NCBI GenBank assembly: GCA_965204535.1
Contig: OZ241996.1
Location: 1,472,001 to 1,536,000, forward strand
Reading direction: 5' to 3'
Length of the DNA: 64,000 nucleotides
Source: a bacterium
GTDB taxonomy: Bacteria; UBA8248
Part shown: piece by piece, positions 1-9,205 of the stretch
How the letters are laid out: every line of letters starts with the position of its first letter
How positions within the stretch are numbered: the stretch's first letter is position 1
Program-made: the position numbers and the translations under genes
Notes under the pieces: generated by a model
What the model saw: the letters and a program-made list of their open reading frames with translations, nothing else
Database searches by the model: none
Told to the model about the DNA's origin: nothing

Positions 1-1
1 G

Positions 2-1495
2 CACCTCAAACTCCTGCGCAACGGCGCATCGCTCGAACACGTGAGCGCCAAGGCGAAGCGGATTTTCGACGAACTCCTCCCCCGCATGCTGCACCAGACG
101 CTCGACCTCCCCGAACCGGACAGGGCCATCGCGCACCTCAATAAATTCGTGGAGCGGGGGGGCGGGCGCGAATCCATCCTGGGATTCATGGCCGCGCAGG
201 AAGAATCGCTGGAAATCATTCTCAAGCTCTTCGCTTCGAGCAATTATCTGGCCGAGGTGCTGATCGAACAGCCCGGGCTCCTGGAGACGCTCTTTCAGAG
301 GGAAACGCTCACCGAGCCGCGCTCCGAGGCGCTGCTCGCCGAAGAGCTGAACAAAATAACGGGCGCCCAAATCTCGCCGGAAGAAAAATTCAACCGCCTG
401 CATCTGCTCAAGAAAAGCGAGGAGCTCGCGATAGGCATCAGAAGCATTCTCGGGGCGGCGGACATCCTCGAAACGCTCTCCGCCCTCTCCCACCTCGCCG
501 AAGCAATACTCAAGAGCGGCTACGACATCGCCCACGAGAGAATGCGGAAGCTCTACGGCGTCCCGATGGAGGAGGAGACGGGGGCGGAAGCCCGATTCGC
601 CATCATCGGCCTCGGCAAGCTGGGCAGCGGGGAGATGAACTACGGCTCGGACCTCGACCTGATATTCGTCTACAGCGCCGCCGGGACGACGAGCGGCCAA
701 TTCGACGGCAAACCAGCCGAATACCGAGCCGTCTCGAACCACGAATTCTACATCAAGGTCGCCACGTTCCTGCGCGACAGCCTGGCCGCATCGGGCTCAC
801 GTGAGAGGACATACGAGATGGACCTGCGCCTGCGGCCCGAAGGAGTGAAGGGTGCATTGGTCGCGCCGGTGGATGTGTTTGCAGATTACTTTAACAACCG
901 GGCTGAAACATGGGAAAGGCAAGCACTTACGAGATCAAGGCATGTCGCGGGATGTGAAGGGTTCGGCGCACAGTTCATGGAGTTGGTGAATGAATTCGTG
1001 TATGTGCGCGAAGCGCCCGCGGACCTCGCCGAACAGGTGCGTCACATGCGCGGACGCATCGAAAAAGAACTCTCCGCCGAGGATGAGGGAATCGCCGACA
1101 TCAAGCTCGGTCGCGGGGGGATCATCGACATCGAGTTCTTGACGCAGTATCTGTTGATAGGAAATGGAGGAGCGCATCCGGATATCCGGGTTCCGAACAC
1201 CTACCTCGCCCTGCAGGCCTTGAGGAAGGCGGGTTTTCTTTCGGGCGAGGATGCCGGGGCGTTGCTCGATGGGTACCGCTTCCTGCGCCTCGTCGAGAAC
1301 CGACTCCGCATCGGGAATGCGCAATCGATCAACATCTTTTTGAAAACGAGACACGCCATGAACATGTTGGCGCGGCGAATGAATTTCGTGGATGATATGG
1401 ATGGAAGCGCCAACGCCAAATTGTTGGCCCGGTTCGAAATGCATACGGACCGCGTGAGGCAGGTCTATGAGAAAATCGTAACCGCGAACGAGTGA
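2..1495 (+). CDS. glnE: Glutamine synthetase adenylyltransferase/adenylyl-removing enzyme, 5'-truncated by the window edge
   Basis: Frame open from base 2. Motifs IIGLGKLGSGEMNYGSDLDLIF, DLRLRPEG, WERQAL and DIKLGRGGIIDIEF are typical of the GlnE nucleotidyltransferase domain. Confidence 0.93.
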   Translation, partial: HLKLLRNGASLEHVSAKAKRIFDELLPRMLHQTLDLPEPDRAIAHLNKFVERGGGRESILGFMAAQEESLEIILKLFASSNYLAEVLIEQPGLLETLFQRETLTEPRSEALLAEELNKITGAQISPEEKFNRLHLLKKSEELAIGIRSILGAADILETLSALSHLAEAILKSGYDIAHERMRKLYGVPMEEETGAEARFAIIGLGKLGSGEMNYGSDLDLIFVYSAAGTTSGQFDGKPAEYRAVSNHEFYIKVATFLRDSLAASGSRERTYEMDLRLRPEGVKGALVAPVDVFADYFNNRAETWERQALTRSRHVAGCEGFGAQFMELVNEFVYVREAPADLAEQVRHMRGRIEKELSAEDEGIADIKLGRGGIIDIEFLTQYLLIGNGGAHPDIRVPNTYLALQALRKAGFLSGEDAGALLDGYRFLRLVENRLRIGNAQSINIFLKTRHAMNMLARRMNFVDDMDGSANAKLLARFEMHTDRVRQVYEKIVTANE

Positions 1496-1567
1496 CCCCC
1501 GGCGGGAGCCGCCGGCCGGGCAACCCCGCGCATCCCTTTTCGCACAACCAACGCCAGAGGACTCGAA

Positions 1568-2791
1568 TTGCTTATCAATCCAGATCGTTTTCGCCTGTCC
1601 ATGGAGGAGATGGCCCGGGTCGGAGCGACTAAAGGAGGCGGCGTCAACCGCCTCACGCTCACCGACGCCGACAAGGAAGCCAGGGATTTGTTCGCCGCGT
1701 GGGTGGGCGAGGCCGGCCTCGATTTGCGGATCGACGAGATGGGAAACATGTTCGCCAGGCGCGCGGGCCGGGAAAACGACGCCCCTCCCGCCATGGCGGG
1801 CAGCCACCTGGACTCCGTGCCGAACGGCGGCCGCTTCGATGGCTCGCTGGGCGTACTGGCCGCCCTGGAAACCGTGAGGACGCTGAACGACAAGAACATA
1901 TCGACGAGGCGCCCGGTAGAGATCGTCAACTGGACGAACGAGGAGGGCCCCCGCTTCCCGCCTTCGATGCTCGGAAGCGGCGTGTTCGCGGGCGCGATAC
2001 CGATCGAGGCGGCCTATGAGACGAAAGACGCTGATGGCGCGAGGTTTATCGATGAACTCGAGCGCATCGGCTACCGGGGAGATGCGCCCTGCACCCCCCG
2101 GCCTGTCGGGTCGTACCTCGAACTCCACATCGAGCAAGGCCCCGCCCTCGTGAGCGAAGGGGTTCAGGTAGGCGTCGTGGAGGGGATTTTCGGCCTCACC
2201 TGGCTGCGGGTCACCATGAAAGGAGAGCGCGACCACGCCGGCCCCACGCCGATGCACATGCGGCGCGACGCCCTGGTGGGCGCGGCGCGGACGATTGCGG
2301 CCATCCGTGAAATCCCGGGGAAACTGCATACCGAATTCGTCGCCACGGTGGGGGAATTCTCCCTCTCCCCCAATGCGATCAACGTCATTCCCGATGACGT
2401 GACGTTCTCGGTCGATTTCAGGCACAGCGACCCGGAACTGCTCGGTGAGGCGCGAAAGCTCATCGAGGAGGCCGCGCACAGAGAAGCGGAGAAGGAAAAT
2501 CTCGAGGTCGAGATTCAAGAGGTCGGCGGCTCTACCCCCACCGCGTTCAACGCAAGCGTGGCGCAGACCGTCAGGAACGCTTGCGAGGAGTCGGGCTACA
2601 GCCACCGCTCCATGTGGAGCGCCGCCGGGCACGACGCCCGCTATGCGGCAGACCTCGGGCCCACGGCCATGATCTTCGTTCCCTGCGTCGCCGGGAAGAG
2701 CCACTCCGAAGAAGAGGACCTGGACTGGGAGGACGCCTACCGGGGCTGCGACGTCCTGGCACGCGGGTTGCTGAAAACGGCGGATTCCTGA
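1568..2791 (+). CDS. M20-family Zn amidohydrolase (N-carbamoyl-amino-acid hydrolase / allantoate amidohydrolase type)
   Basis: GSHLDSVPNGGRFDG, NEEG.RF, ELHIEQGP, HAGPTPM and SAAGHDA motifs. TTG start after GAGGA. Confidence 0.9.
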   Translation: MLINPDRFRLSMEEMARVGATKGGGVNRLTLTDADKEARDLFAAWVGEAGLDLRIDEMGNMFARRAGRENDAPPAMAGSHLDSVPNGGRFDGSLGVLAALETVRTLNDKNISTRRPVEIVNWTNEEGPRFPPSMLGSGVFAGAIPIEAAYETKDADGARFIDELERIGYRGDAPCTPRPVGSYLELHIEQGPALVSEGVQVGVVEGIFGLTWLRVTMKGERDHAGPTPMHMRRDALVGAARTIAAIREIPGKLHTEFVATVGEFSLSPNAINVIPDDVTFSVDFRHSDPELLGEARKLIEEAAHREAEKENLEVEIQEVGGSTPTAFNASVAQTVRNACEESGYSHRSMWSAAGHDARYAADLGPTAMIFVPCVAGKSHSEEEDLDWEDAYRGCDVLARGLLKTADS

Positions 2792-2830
2792 GCGGAATAC
2801 TTTCCACACAGCAAGGATGAGGGGAAACGA

Positions 2831-3670
2831 ATGGCTAGAGTGAAATGGGAAAACGGGGCGCGATGCGCCGTATGTCTGACTTTCGACGTGGACGGCGAGA
2901 CGGTCTGGATGGGCCGGGACCCCTCGCTGGGGGGCCGCCCCATCCACAACTCCATGGGCGCTTACGGCCCCAAGGTGGGAATCCCGCGGATACTGAAGCT
3001 CCTAAAGAAATACAGCCTGCCCGGCGCTTTCTACATCCCGAGCTGGACGGTGGAGAAATGGCCGAAGATGACCGAATCCATCGTGAAGGCGGGCCATGAA
3101 ATCGGCCACCACGGCCACATTCACGAAAAGCCCTACCAGATGTGCGACGCCGAGCGCGAAGAGGAACTGCTCGTGCGCGCCCTCGATATATTAAGGCGCG
3201 ACACGGGGCAGGAAATCCTGGGGTCCCGCACCCCCTCGGCGGACCCGAGCGTCCACACGATGGGGCTGCTCAAGAAATACGGGCTCTTGTACCACTCGAA
3301 CATGATGGACGACGACTGGCCCTACTATCACGACTGCGGCCTCGTTGAGTTGCCCACCAAGTGGAGCCTGGATGATTTCATCTTCTTCGCCCACAGCACG
3401 AATCCGCCGCTCGGCCACGGCATCCGCGACCCCGAATCGGTCTATTCGATATGGGTCGAGGAGTTCGAGGGCACGTATGAGGAAGGCGGATACATCAACA
3501 TCATGTGCCATCCCCAGATCATCGGCCAGCACCACCGCATGCGGATGCTTGAGCGGCTGATTCAGCACATCCTCACGAAGGGCGACGCCTGGATCGCCGC
3601 ACCTGTCGACGTGGCGAAGTGCTGGGCGTCACAAAGAAAAGCACCCAGGGTGAGAAGAACGAGAAGATAA
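2831..3670 (+). CDS. Polysaccharide-deacetylase (CE4) family protein, PuuE/PgdA(HP0310)-like
   Basis: LTFDVD, YG..VG.PRIL, HEIGHHG.IH, DD.PY and HPQIIG motifs. Confidence 0.85.
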   Translation: MARVKWENGARCAVCLTFDVDGETVWMGRDPSLGGRPIHNSMGAYGPKVGIPRILKLLKKYSLPGAFYIPSWTVEKWPKMTESIVKAGHEIGHHGHIHEKPYQMCDAEREEELLVRALDILRRDTGQEILGSRTPSADPSVHTMGLLKKYGLLYHSNMMDDDWPYYHDCGLVELPTKWSLDDFIFFAHSTNPPLGHGIRDPESVYSIWVEEFEGTYEEGGYINIMCHPQIIGQHHRMRMLERLIQHILTKGDAWIAAPVDVAKCWASQRKAPRVRRTRR

Positions 3671-3684
3671 GTCGCGGCGTAGTC

Positions 3685-4122
3685 TCAGAGTATCGGGGAG
3701 AGCCAGCCCAGCAGGCCGCCATAGATCGCATGGGCGATCACGGCGGTCTGCCACGCCCTGGGGTGGAACTTTCGGCTGAAAAAACCGTGCCCCGTGATGA
3801 GCGGGTTGAAGACGCATTGGGAGAAGATCAGGAGCACCCCGCCCCAGATCAGGCCGCGCACGACGTTTGGCCCGGCAAGATACCCCGCCGCCCAGGTGGC
3901 GTATATCAGGCCGAAGATAACCCCGTTCAGATGCACGGCGATGAAGCCGAGCGCGTAAGGCGGATTCCCCTCGTACGCCTCGCCGAACAGGAGCATCGAC
4001 ACCCCCTTGCCGAAGTCCAGCCTCGCCATGCCTATCTTGTCCGCGATCAGGGCGAAGACGAGATGGGCGTAGGTGGCCAGAAAAGAGGCCGCGCAGACGA
4101 CGAAAAAGTCACCCGGGTTCAT
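3685..4122 (-). CDS. Hypothetical multi-pass membrane protein (145 aa)
   Basis: ATG at 4122 preceded by AGGAGG; about four hydrophobic segments, with several His residues in or beside them. Confidence 0.7.
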   Translation of the reverse strand: MNPGDFFVVCAASFLATYAHLVFALIADKIGMARLDFGKGVSMLLFGEAYEGNPPYALGFIAVHLNGVIFGLIYATWAAGYLAGPNVVRGLIWGGVLLIFSQCVFNPLITGHGFFSRKFHPRAWQTAVIAHAIYGGLLGWLSPIL

Positions 4123-4205
4123 AAATCCCCTCCTCGCTCGGCGGTGGAATCCTGAATTTTCCAAAAAATTCTTGCAGGGCGCATCCCCGGCGGGGAGGCG
4201 TCCCC

Positions 4206-4352
4206 ATGAAGAAGAGAATACAGGCATCGGCGCGCACTCGCCAAGCCCTGTCCGACCTGATCGAAGGCCGTCTGTCGAGTCCCGATGCGCGAACCGATCA
4301 GATAAAACCGGCCACGCGGCTCATCGTATAAGAAGCCCTTGAAGTGGAAAAC
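4206..4352 (+). pseudogene. IS256-family transposase N-terminal remnant
   Basis: GGAGG RBS, then MKKRIQASARTRQALSDLIEGRLSSPDARTDQIKPATRLIV*EALEVEN, resembling the IS256-type N-terminus (..ATRLIVEEALE.E); internal TAA at 4329-4331; rest of the gene missing. Confidence 0.6.
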
Positions 4353-4417
4353 GACATCAGGCAGCCCTCGGCCGATATGCGCCCAAAGAAATTACCCGGC
4401 ATCTACGGTACTTGACC
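4346..4417 (+). repeat. Element right-end repeat, copy 1
   Basis: ggaaaacgacatcaggcagccctcggccgatatgcgcccaaagaaattacccggcatctacggtacttgacc, closely similar to 5551-5621. Confidence 0.9.
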
Positions 4418-4550
4418 GTCGGCATGCCATTCCATCCGCAAAAAGTAACAAATGGAGACCATGAACGGGTCGTAGTTGTCGTCGGGCTTGGTTGTGGTGG
4501 GATACGAGTCGTCTTTTGTGTCCTACTTCTTCCCAGACTTTGGCTCCATC

Positions 4551-4589
4551 TTGTCGCTTGGCCTATTACAGGTTATATTACTGGTAATA
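4551..4589 (+). promoter_or_regulatory. Putative sigma70 promoter with overlapping operator for the TA operon
   Basis: TTGTCG-17 nt-TATATT. Inverted repeat TATTAC-TG-GTAATA (4576-4589) overlaps the -10 box. Confidence 0.5.
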
Positions 4590-4604
4590 ACAAGGAGGTC
4601 ACTC

Positions 4605-4907
4605 ATGAGTGATATATCCCGGAGACGTGCGACAAAAAAATATCGGAGCCGTTTGGCTGAACGCGGCATGGCCCGCTTCGAGGTCCTCGGGCGCGACGCT
4701 GACAAAGAGCTTATCCGCTCGTTAGCCAGACGTTTGGCGGAAGACTGTCCGGAAGCCGATCGTCTGAGGAGCGTCGTCAGCCAGGGCGTCACGGGGAAAC
4801 CGCCACGGAAAGGCGGAATCCTTGAAGCGCTGCGCCGCTCGCCGCTCGTCGGCGCCGAAGCCATTGCATCCCGTCCATTCGAGTCCGGTCGCAAGATTGA
4901 TCTGTGA
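4605..4907 (+). CDS. Putative antitoxin (VapB-like partner), 100 aa
   Basis: AAGGAGG RBS before ATG at 4605; small basic protein whose stop overlaps the PIN toxin start (GTGA). Confidence 0.75.
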   Translation: MSDISRRRATKKYRSRLAERGMARFEVLGRDADKELIRSLARRLAEDCPEADRLRSVVSQGVTGKPPRKGGILEALRRSPLVGAEAIASRPFESGRKIDL

Positions 4908-5338
4908 GCCGGTATCTTCTTGACACCAATATCATCAGCAGCGTCACGAAGCCTGCGCCACCGCAGTCTCTGCTGACCTGGATGGCCGGGCAGGCTGACG
5001 AAAATCTCTTCATATCCGCGCTCACCATCGCCGAGGTCCGACGCGGCGTATTGGAGAAGCCTGCCGGCCGCAAACGTGATCAACTCGAAGCGTGGTTCAC
5101 AGGTCCGGAGGGGCCACCGGCTCTTTTTGTTGGCCGCGTCCTCCCCTTCGACGAGAAGGCCGCTCTCGTATGGGCAAGACTTATGGCGGAAGGCAAGGCG
5201 CAAGGCCGTTCCCGCAGCGCGCTCGACACGATCATCGCGGCGATTGCGGAAGCCAATGAATGTATCGTCGTGACCGACAATGAAAAGGACTTCATCGGCG
5301 TCGAGACGTTCAACCCGCTTCGAAACACGGCACGATGA
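4904..5338 (+). CDS. vapC: PIN-domain ribonuclease toxin (VapC/FitB-like)
   Basis: YLLDTNI, SALTIAE, LPFD, D..IAA and VTDNEKDF PIN motifs. Confidence 0.9.
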   Translation: MSRYLLDTNIISSVTKPAPPQSLLTWMAGQADENLFISALTIAEVRRGVLEKPAGRKRDQLEAWFTGPEGPPALFVGRVLPFDEKAALVWARLMAEGKAQGRSRSALDTIIAAIAEANECIVVTDNEKDFIGVETFNPLRNTAR

Positions 5339-5392
5339 AACAGCGAGTGCTCAGCGTTCAGTTCGTTATCGCGAGTCACCAAAGAGAACAAG

Positions 5393-5560
5393 ATGTCGAA
5401 GACCCGGGTAGAGTGGACGGATGCAGCCTGGAATCCCGTGGCGGGATACGCCGTTCCGACAACCGGCTGCACCGATTGTTACGCCATGGCGATGCGAAGC
5501 GCCTGGAGGCCATGAGGTCGAGAAATATGCGGGAGCGACTCGCCGGAGCGGGAAACGACA
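5393..5560 (+). pseudogene. DUF5131 (phage Gp37/Gp68-like) N-terminal fragment, frameshifted
   Basis: MSKTRVEWTDAAWNPVAG...GCTDCYAMAM, continuing after frameshifts as AKRLEAM.VEKYAG.TRRSGKR; matches the IEWTD.TWNP..GC....GC..CYA signature. Confidence 0.7.
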
Positions 5561-5621
5561 TCAGCCAGCCTTCGGCCGAAATGCGCCAAAAGAAATTATC
5601 CGGCATCTACGGGGCTTGACC
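5551..5621 (+). repeat. Element right-end repeat, copy 2
   Basis: ggaaacgacatcagccagccttcggccgaaatgcgccaaaagaaattatccggcatctacggggcttgacc, followed by c+CGCTCGGC. Confidence 0.9.
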
Positions 5622-5672
5622 CCGCTCGGCGAATTCACCCCTTGAATCACGCACCTTCGACATCCTTTGCCC

Positions 5673-6854
5673 CTACCCGGTGTACTCCAGGATGTGCATC
5701 CCCGCTCCGTTCCGGTCGATCAGGTAGAGCAGGCCGTTCTCGTCCATGCCGATGTCGTTCGACTGGGCGTAGTCCTTACCGAAGTTCATTTCGGGGATGT
5801 AGTGTCCGACTTCCTCAGGCTTGAACGGATCCGACACATCGATGGCCCGAAGCCCCGAGTTGAAGTACGTCAGGAAGACAAGGTCCTTCCAGGGGCCTTC
5901 CGCAGGGAGATATTCAAGTATGTTGTGCGCCCCGAAGCGCCCTCCCCGGTTCATGTTCTCTTCCCTGTCGGGGATGTAGGTGGAGACGGGTATCGGGTTC
6001 GTCTCGTCCCGGATGTCCACCACCCACATGAACTGGCTGTGTTCGTAGTTCTCCCGCGCGTTCGCCTCGTCCGTCACCACCACGTACGGCCTGTCGCCGA
6101 GCGGCCAGACGGTATGCGTGGAGCCGACGAAGGGCGGCGACCAGCAAAGGCGCCCCACGCACTCGATGTTTCGCAGATCTGCGCAATCGAAAATGCCCAT
6201 GCCCGCCCCCCAGAAACCGCAGTACATGCGATCTCCGCGAATGGTGGCGGGGCCGTGGCACGTCCACGAACGCGAGAAATCCTCAGGCTCTTCGTACTCG
6301 TAATCGAGACTCAGATCCTGCTGCGGCAGACCGACGATGTTGAGCACCTCGGGCTTGAGAGGATTCGTGATGTCGAGAGTCCACATGACCCGGTTTCGCC
6401 ACCCCTCGGCATGGTTCGGCAGAAACGCGAGCCCGCGTTCGTTGTCGACGCCGAAACGATGCGGCCCTGTGCCGGGCAGATCGAAAAAGCCGACTTCCTT
6501 CGGCTCCGCCGGATTCGAGATATCGAAAATGCACAGGCCCGACCGCGCCGCCTCTCCTTCAGGCGTCTTGAGTCGCTCGTGATTCACATAGAGCAGGTCG
6601 TCCCCCACGATGCGAACCTTGTGATTGTGCAGGCCGGGGGGCGCGAACACCTCGGCGATGCGTCTCGGGTTGCTGGGGTCGGATACGTCGTGGACGGTCC
6701 AGCCCTCCGGTCCGTCGTAGCTCGCCGTTCCCACCGCGCCCACATAGGCGTATCCGTTTTTCACCTCGACGATGCTGCCCCCGCCCCATGCCGCGTCCTG
6801 GTCGTGTCCTACGAGTCTGAAATTCTTCGATTCAGCCGGTGCGCCTTTCGCCAT
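5673..6854 (-). CDS. LVIVD-repeat beta-propeller protein
   Basis: Recurring (I/V)(F/H/I)D(I/V)S(D/N)P..P.EVG units and RFGAHN; ATG at 6854 after CAGGAG. Confidence 0.8.
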   Translation of the reverse strand: MAKGAPAESKNFRLVGHDQDAAWGGGSIVEVKNGYAYVGAVGTASYDGPEGWTVHDVSDPSNPRRIAEVFAPPGLHNHKVRIVGDDLLYVNHERLKTPEGEAARSGLCIFDISNPAEPKEVGFFDLPGTGPHRFGVDNERGLAFLPNHAEGWRNRVMWTLDITNPLKPEVLNIVGLPQQDLSLDYEYEEPEDFSRSWTCHGPATIRGDRMYCGFWGAGMGIFDCADLRNIECVGRLCWSPPFVGSTHTVWPLGDRPYVVVTDEANARENYEHSQFMWVVDIRDETNPIPVSTYIPDREENMNRGGRFGAHNILEYLPAEGPWKDLVFLTYFNSGLRAIDVSDPFKPEEVGHYIPEMNFGKDYAQSNDIGMDENGLLYLIDRNGAGMHILEYTG

Positions 6855-6895
6855 TGTCCGTCTCCTGTACAGTCGCCGTGAAACCAACAATCAAC

Positions 6896-7771
6896 CTAAC
6901 GGTCCTTCCCCTCATATACTTCCACCACGCGCGCGCAGTCATCCTCCGCCCAGCCTGCCTCTTGCGCACGACGGAACATCGTCAGTCCAGCTTCCGCTAA
7001 AGTCGCATCAAATCCTTTTTCTCTCGCGAGGTCAACGCAGAGGCCGAGATCTTTCACATATATGCTCAAGGCGCCGTGAGGTGTGAAATCGCGCGCGAGT
7101 ATTTTTTCTCCCTTGAGGTCCAGGAGAACTCCTGCCGCTGCCCCCGAACGCAGACAGGACATGATCGTATCGTGCGACAAGCCCGAGCGCTCGCCCAGGA
7201 GCAATCCCTCTGTCAGCAAAGCGACGCCCGCGTTCACGATCAAGTTCGTCACCAGCTTCATGGAACACCCCGTTCCGTTGGGCCCGGTATGGAGGACGCT
7301 TTTGGCCAGGGGTTCGATGATGGGCTTGATGCGCTCGAAAATTTCTTTCTTCCCGCCCACCATGTAAGCCAGCGTTCTCGACTCCACGTGCGGCACGGTT
7401 CCCGAGACGGGAGCATCGACCATCTCCACGCTTCTGGTTTCGAGCGCACTCGCCAAATCAGCCGACCATGTCGGGTTCATCGTGCTCATCTCGATCAGGA
7501 TGAGGCCTTTCTTGCCCGCAGCGGCGATCCCTTCCGGCCCGATGGTGTTCATCTCGATGTGTTCTGGCTTGAGCAGCATGGTGAAAACGACGTCCGAACG
7601 CTCGGCCACCTCTTTTGCGTTCGCGCAAGGGGTTCCGCCTGCTTCCCGCAACTGCTCCATGCGCGCAGGATCGACGTCGAAGCCCGACACCTCATGGCCA
7701 TCGGCCAGGAGATTTTGGGTCAACGGCGTTCCCATCTTGCCCAGACCGATGAATCCCAGTTTCTCACCCAT
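6896..7771 (-). CDS. NAD(P)-dependent beta-hydroxyacid dehydrogenase (3-hydroxyisobutyrate DH / tartronate semialdehyde reductase family)
   Basis: GFIGLGKMG, DAPVSG, KLVTN and KDL motifs. Confidence 0.88.
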   Translation of the reverse strand: MGEKLGFIGLGKMGTPLTQNLLADGHEVSGFDVDPARMEQLREAGGTPCANAKEVAERSDVVFTMLLKPEHIEMNTIGPEGIAAAGKKGLILIEMSTMNPTWSADLASALETRSVEMVDAPVSGTVPHVESRTLAYMVGGKKEIFERIKPIIEPLAKSVLHTGPNGTGCSMKLVTNLIVNAGVALLTEGLLLGERSGLSHDTIMSCLRSGAAAGVLLDLKGEKILARDFTPHGALSIYVKDLGLCVDLAREKGFDATLAEAGLTMFRRAQEAGWAEDDCARVVEVYEGKDR

Positions 7772-7927
7772 GCTTCGTCTCGCCTCCCGATATGGAAAGA
7801 AAAAAATTGATATGCTTTACCCGGTTCCTTTCACCCTCGGATAGGGCGTAGAATAGAAAAGCGTTGCATTTTAGTCGGACCAATTCATTTTCCGCATTCA
7901 ACCAGACAATGCCTGGAGAGGAAACCA

Positions 7928-9004
7928 ATGTCAGCCATTCCCCTGCTCTCTTTGCATCAGGCGGCAGACGCCGAGTTCATTGAAGAAACGGGATGGCGAA
8001 TCCCCGCATCGTATGGAGACGCGGTAGCCGAGCATCTCGCTTGCAGAGAAAGCGCCGTCGCAATCGACCTGTCCCACCGGGGCAACCTCTGCTTCAGCGG
8101 CCCCGACACCGAAGAATTTCTCCACCGGATGCTTTCCAACCGCGTGAAAGAACTGATGCCCGGCGAGGGTGCGTACAACACCTTCCTGACGCGACAGGGA
8201 AAGTTTATCTCCGATCTGTATATGTACAAATCCGAAACATTTGTCGTCGCCTCGGTGGCTCCCGGAACGGCGGATACGCTCGCCGAGGAGATCGACAGGT
8301 TTATCATCATGGATCAGGTGGAAGTGGCGAACGAGACGGAAAACTCGTTTTGCTTCGGTCTTTTCGGTCCCGAATCACGGGAGATCATCGCTGAAGCGGG
8401 CATGGGCGAGCCCTCTCCCGAGGAACACGGCCATACGACTTCGGGCAACATGATGATAGCGCGGGAGCTATGGACGGGGGAAGACGGCTACCTCCTCATG
8501 GGGCCTCGCGAGAACGCGGATTCCGCTTGGCGCGCATTGTCGGACGCGGGGGCGAAACCGGCGGGCGTCGCGGCGTTCGAATCGCTCACTTTGGAGGCCG
8601 GTGTGCCCTTGTTCGGCAAGGACATGACCTCGGCCGTCAACCCCATGCAGGCGGGGCTCGAGGAAAAGGCCATCGACTTCGAGAAGGGTTGCTACATCGG
8701 GCAGGAAGTCATCGCCAAGATCAAGTACCTGGGCCAGGTGAATCGCGGGCTCGTGGGGCTTAAAGTCAGCGGTGAAACCACGCCCGAGGCGGGAGCCGCC
8801 GTCCATTCCGATGAGAAAAAAATCGGTTCCATCACCCGCTCCGCATATTGCCCGACGGTCGACGCCGTTTTGGCTTTTTCCTATCTCCCGCGCGCCCAGA
8901 TGGAGCCTGGCACCGAGGTAAGAGTCGCTTGCCGGGGCGACGACGCGAAGGCGACGGTCGAGAGTCTGCCCTTCTATCGGAAAGAAATGGAAGGCGTCCG
9001 ATGA
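7928..9004 (+). CDS. ygfZ: Folate-binding GcvT-fold protein, YgfZ family
   Basis: KGCYIGQE signature and GcvT-like N-terminus (DLSHRG). Confidence 0.85.
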   Translation: MSAIPLLSLHQAADAEFIEETGWRIPASYGDAVAEHLACRESAVAIDLSHRGNLCFSGPDTEEFLHRMLSNRVKELMPGEGAYNTFLTRQGKFISDLYMYKSETFVVASVAPGTADTLAEEIDRFIIMDQVEVANETENSFCFGLFGPESREIIAEAGMGEPSPEEHGHTTSGNMMIARELWTGEDGYLLMGPRENADSAWRALSDAGAKPAGVAAFESLTLEAGVPLFGKDMTSAVNPMQAGLEEKAIDFEKGCYIGQEVIAKIKYLGQVNRGLVGLKVSGETTPEAGAAVHSDEKKIGSITRSAYCPTVDAVLAFSYLPRAQMEPGTEVRVACRGDDAKATVESLPFYRKEMEGVR

Positions 9005-9071
9005 GGAGGAGGATTCGACAATTCCCGAAAATCCGCGCGGCGGATGAAGTGAAAGAGACCTCGGTTTGCTT

Positions 9072-9100
9072 TTGACTTCTATCATTACGCGAGGCATATT
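9072..9100 (+). promoter_or_regulatory. Putative sigma70 promoter of pckA
   Basis: TTGACT-17 nt-CATATT about 105 nt upstream of the start codon. Confidence 0.35.
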
Positions 9101-9205
9101 GCGGCCTCCTTTGGGCAAATTTTAACGGGATTTGCAACGACTTCAGGCGCATATACCGCCGCGAAAAATCTTCAGGAAACGTCGATTCCCGGGAGGAAGC
9201 AACAC

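Larger units (their letters stand above)
4143..5622 (+). mobile_element. Non-autonomous IS256-like composite element carrying a TA module
   Basis: CGCTCGGC at 4135-4142 and 5623-5630; transposase-like N-terminal remnant; two imperfect copies of a ~71-bp end ending CTTGACC (4346-4417, 5551-5621). Confidence 0.65.

Noticed and set aside
935-2947. 670-aa minus-strand ORF, and similar long ORFs such as 61027-62949, 5667-6881, 50964-52238 and 55216-56541
   Set aside because: Antisense or off-frame shadows of well-supported genes in GC-rich DNA, with no recognisable motifs.
9001-9075. 24-codon ORF overlapping the ygfZ stop as a leader peptide
   Set aside because: No motif or attenuator structure; it overlaps the predicted pckA promoter and is probably chance.
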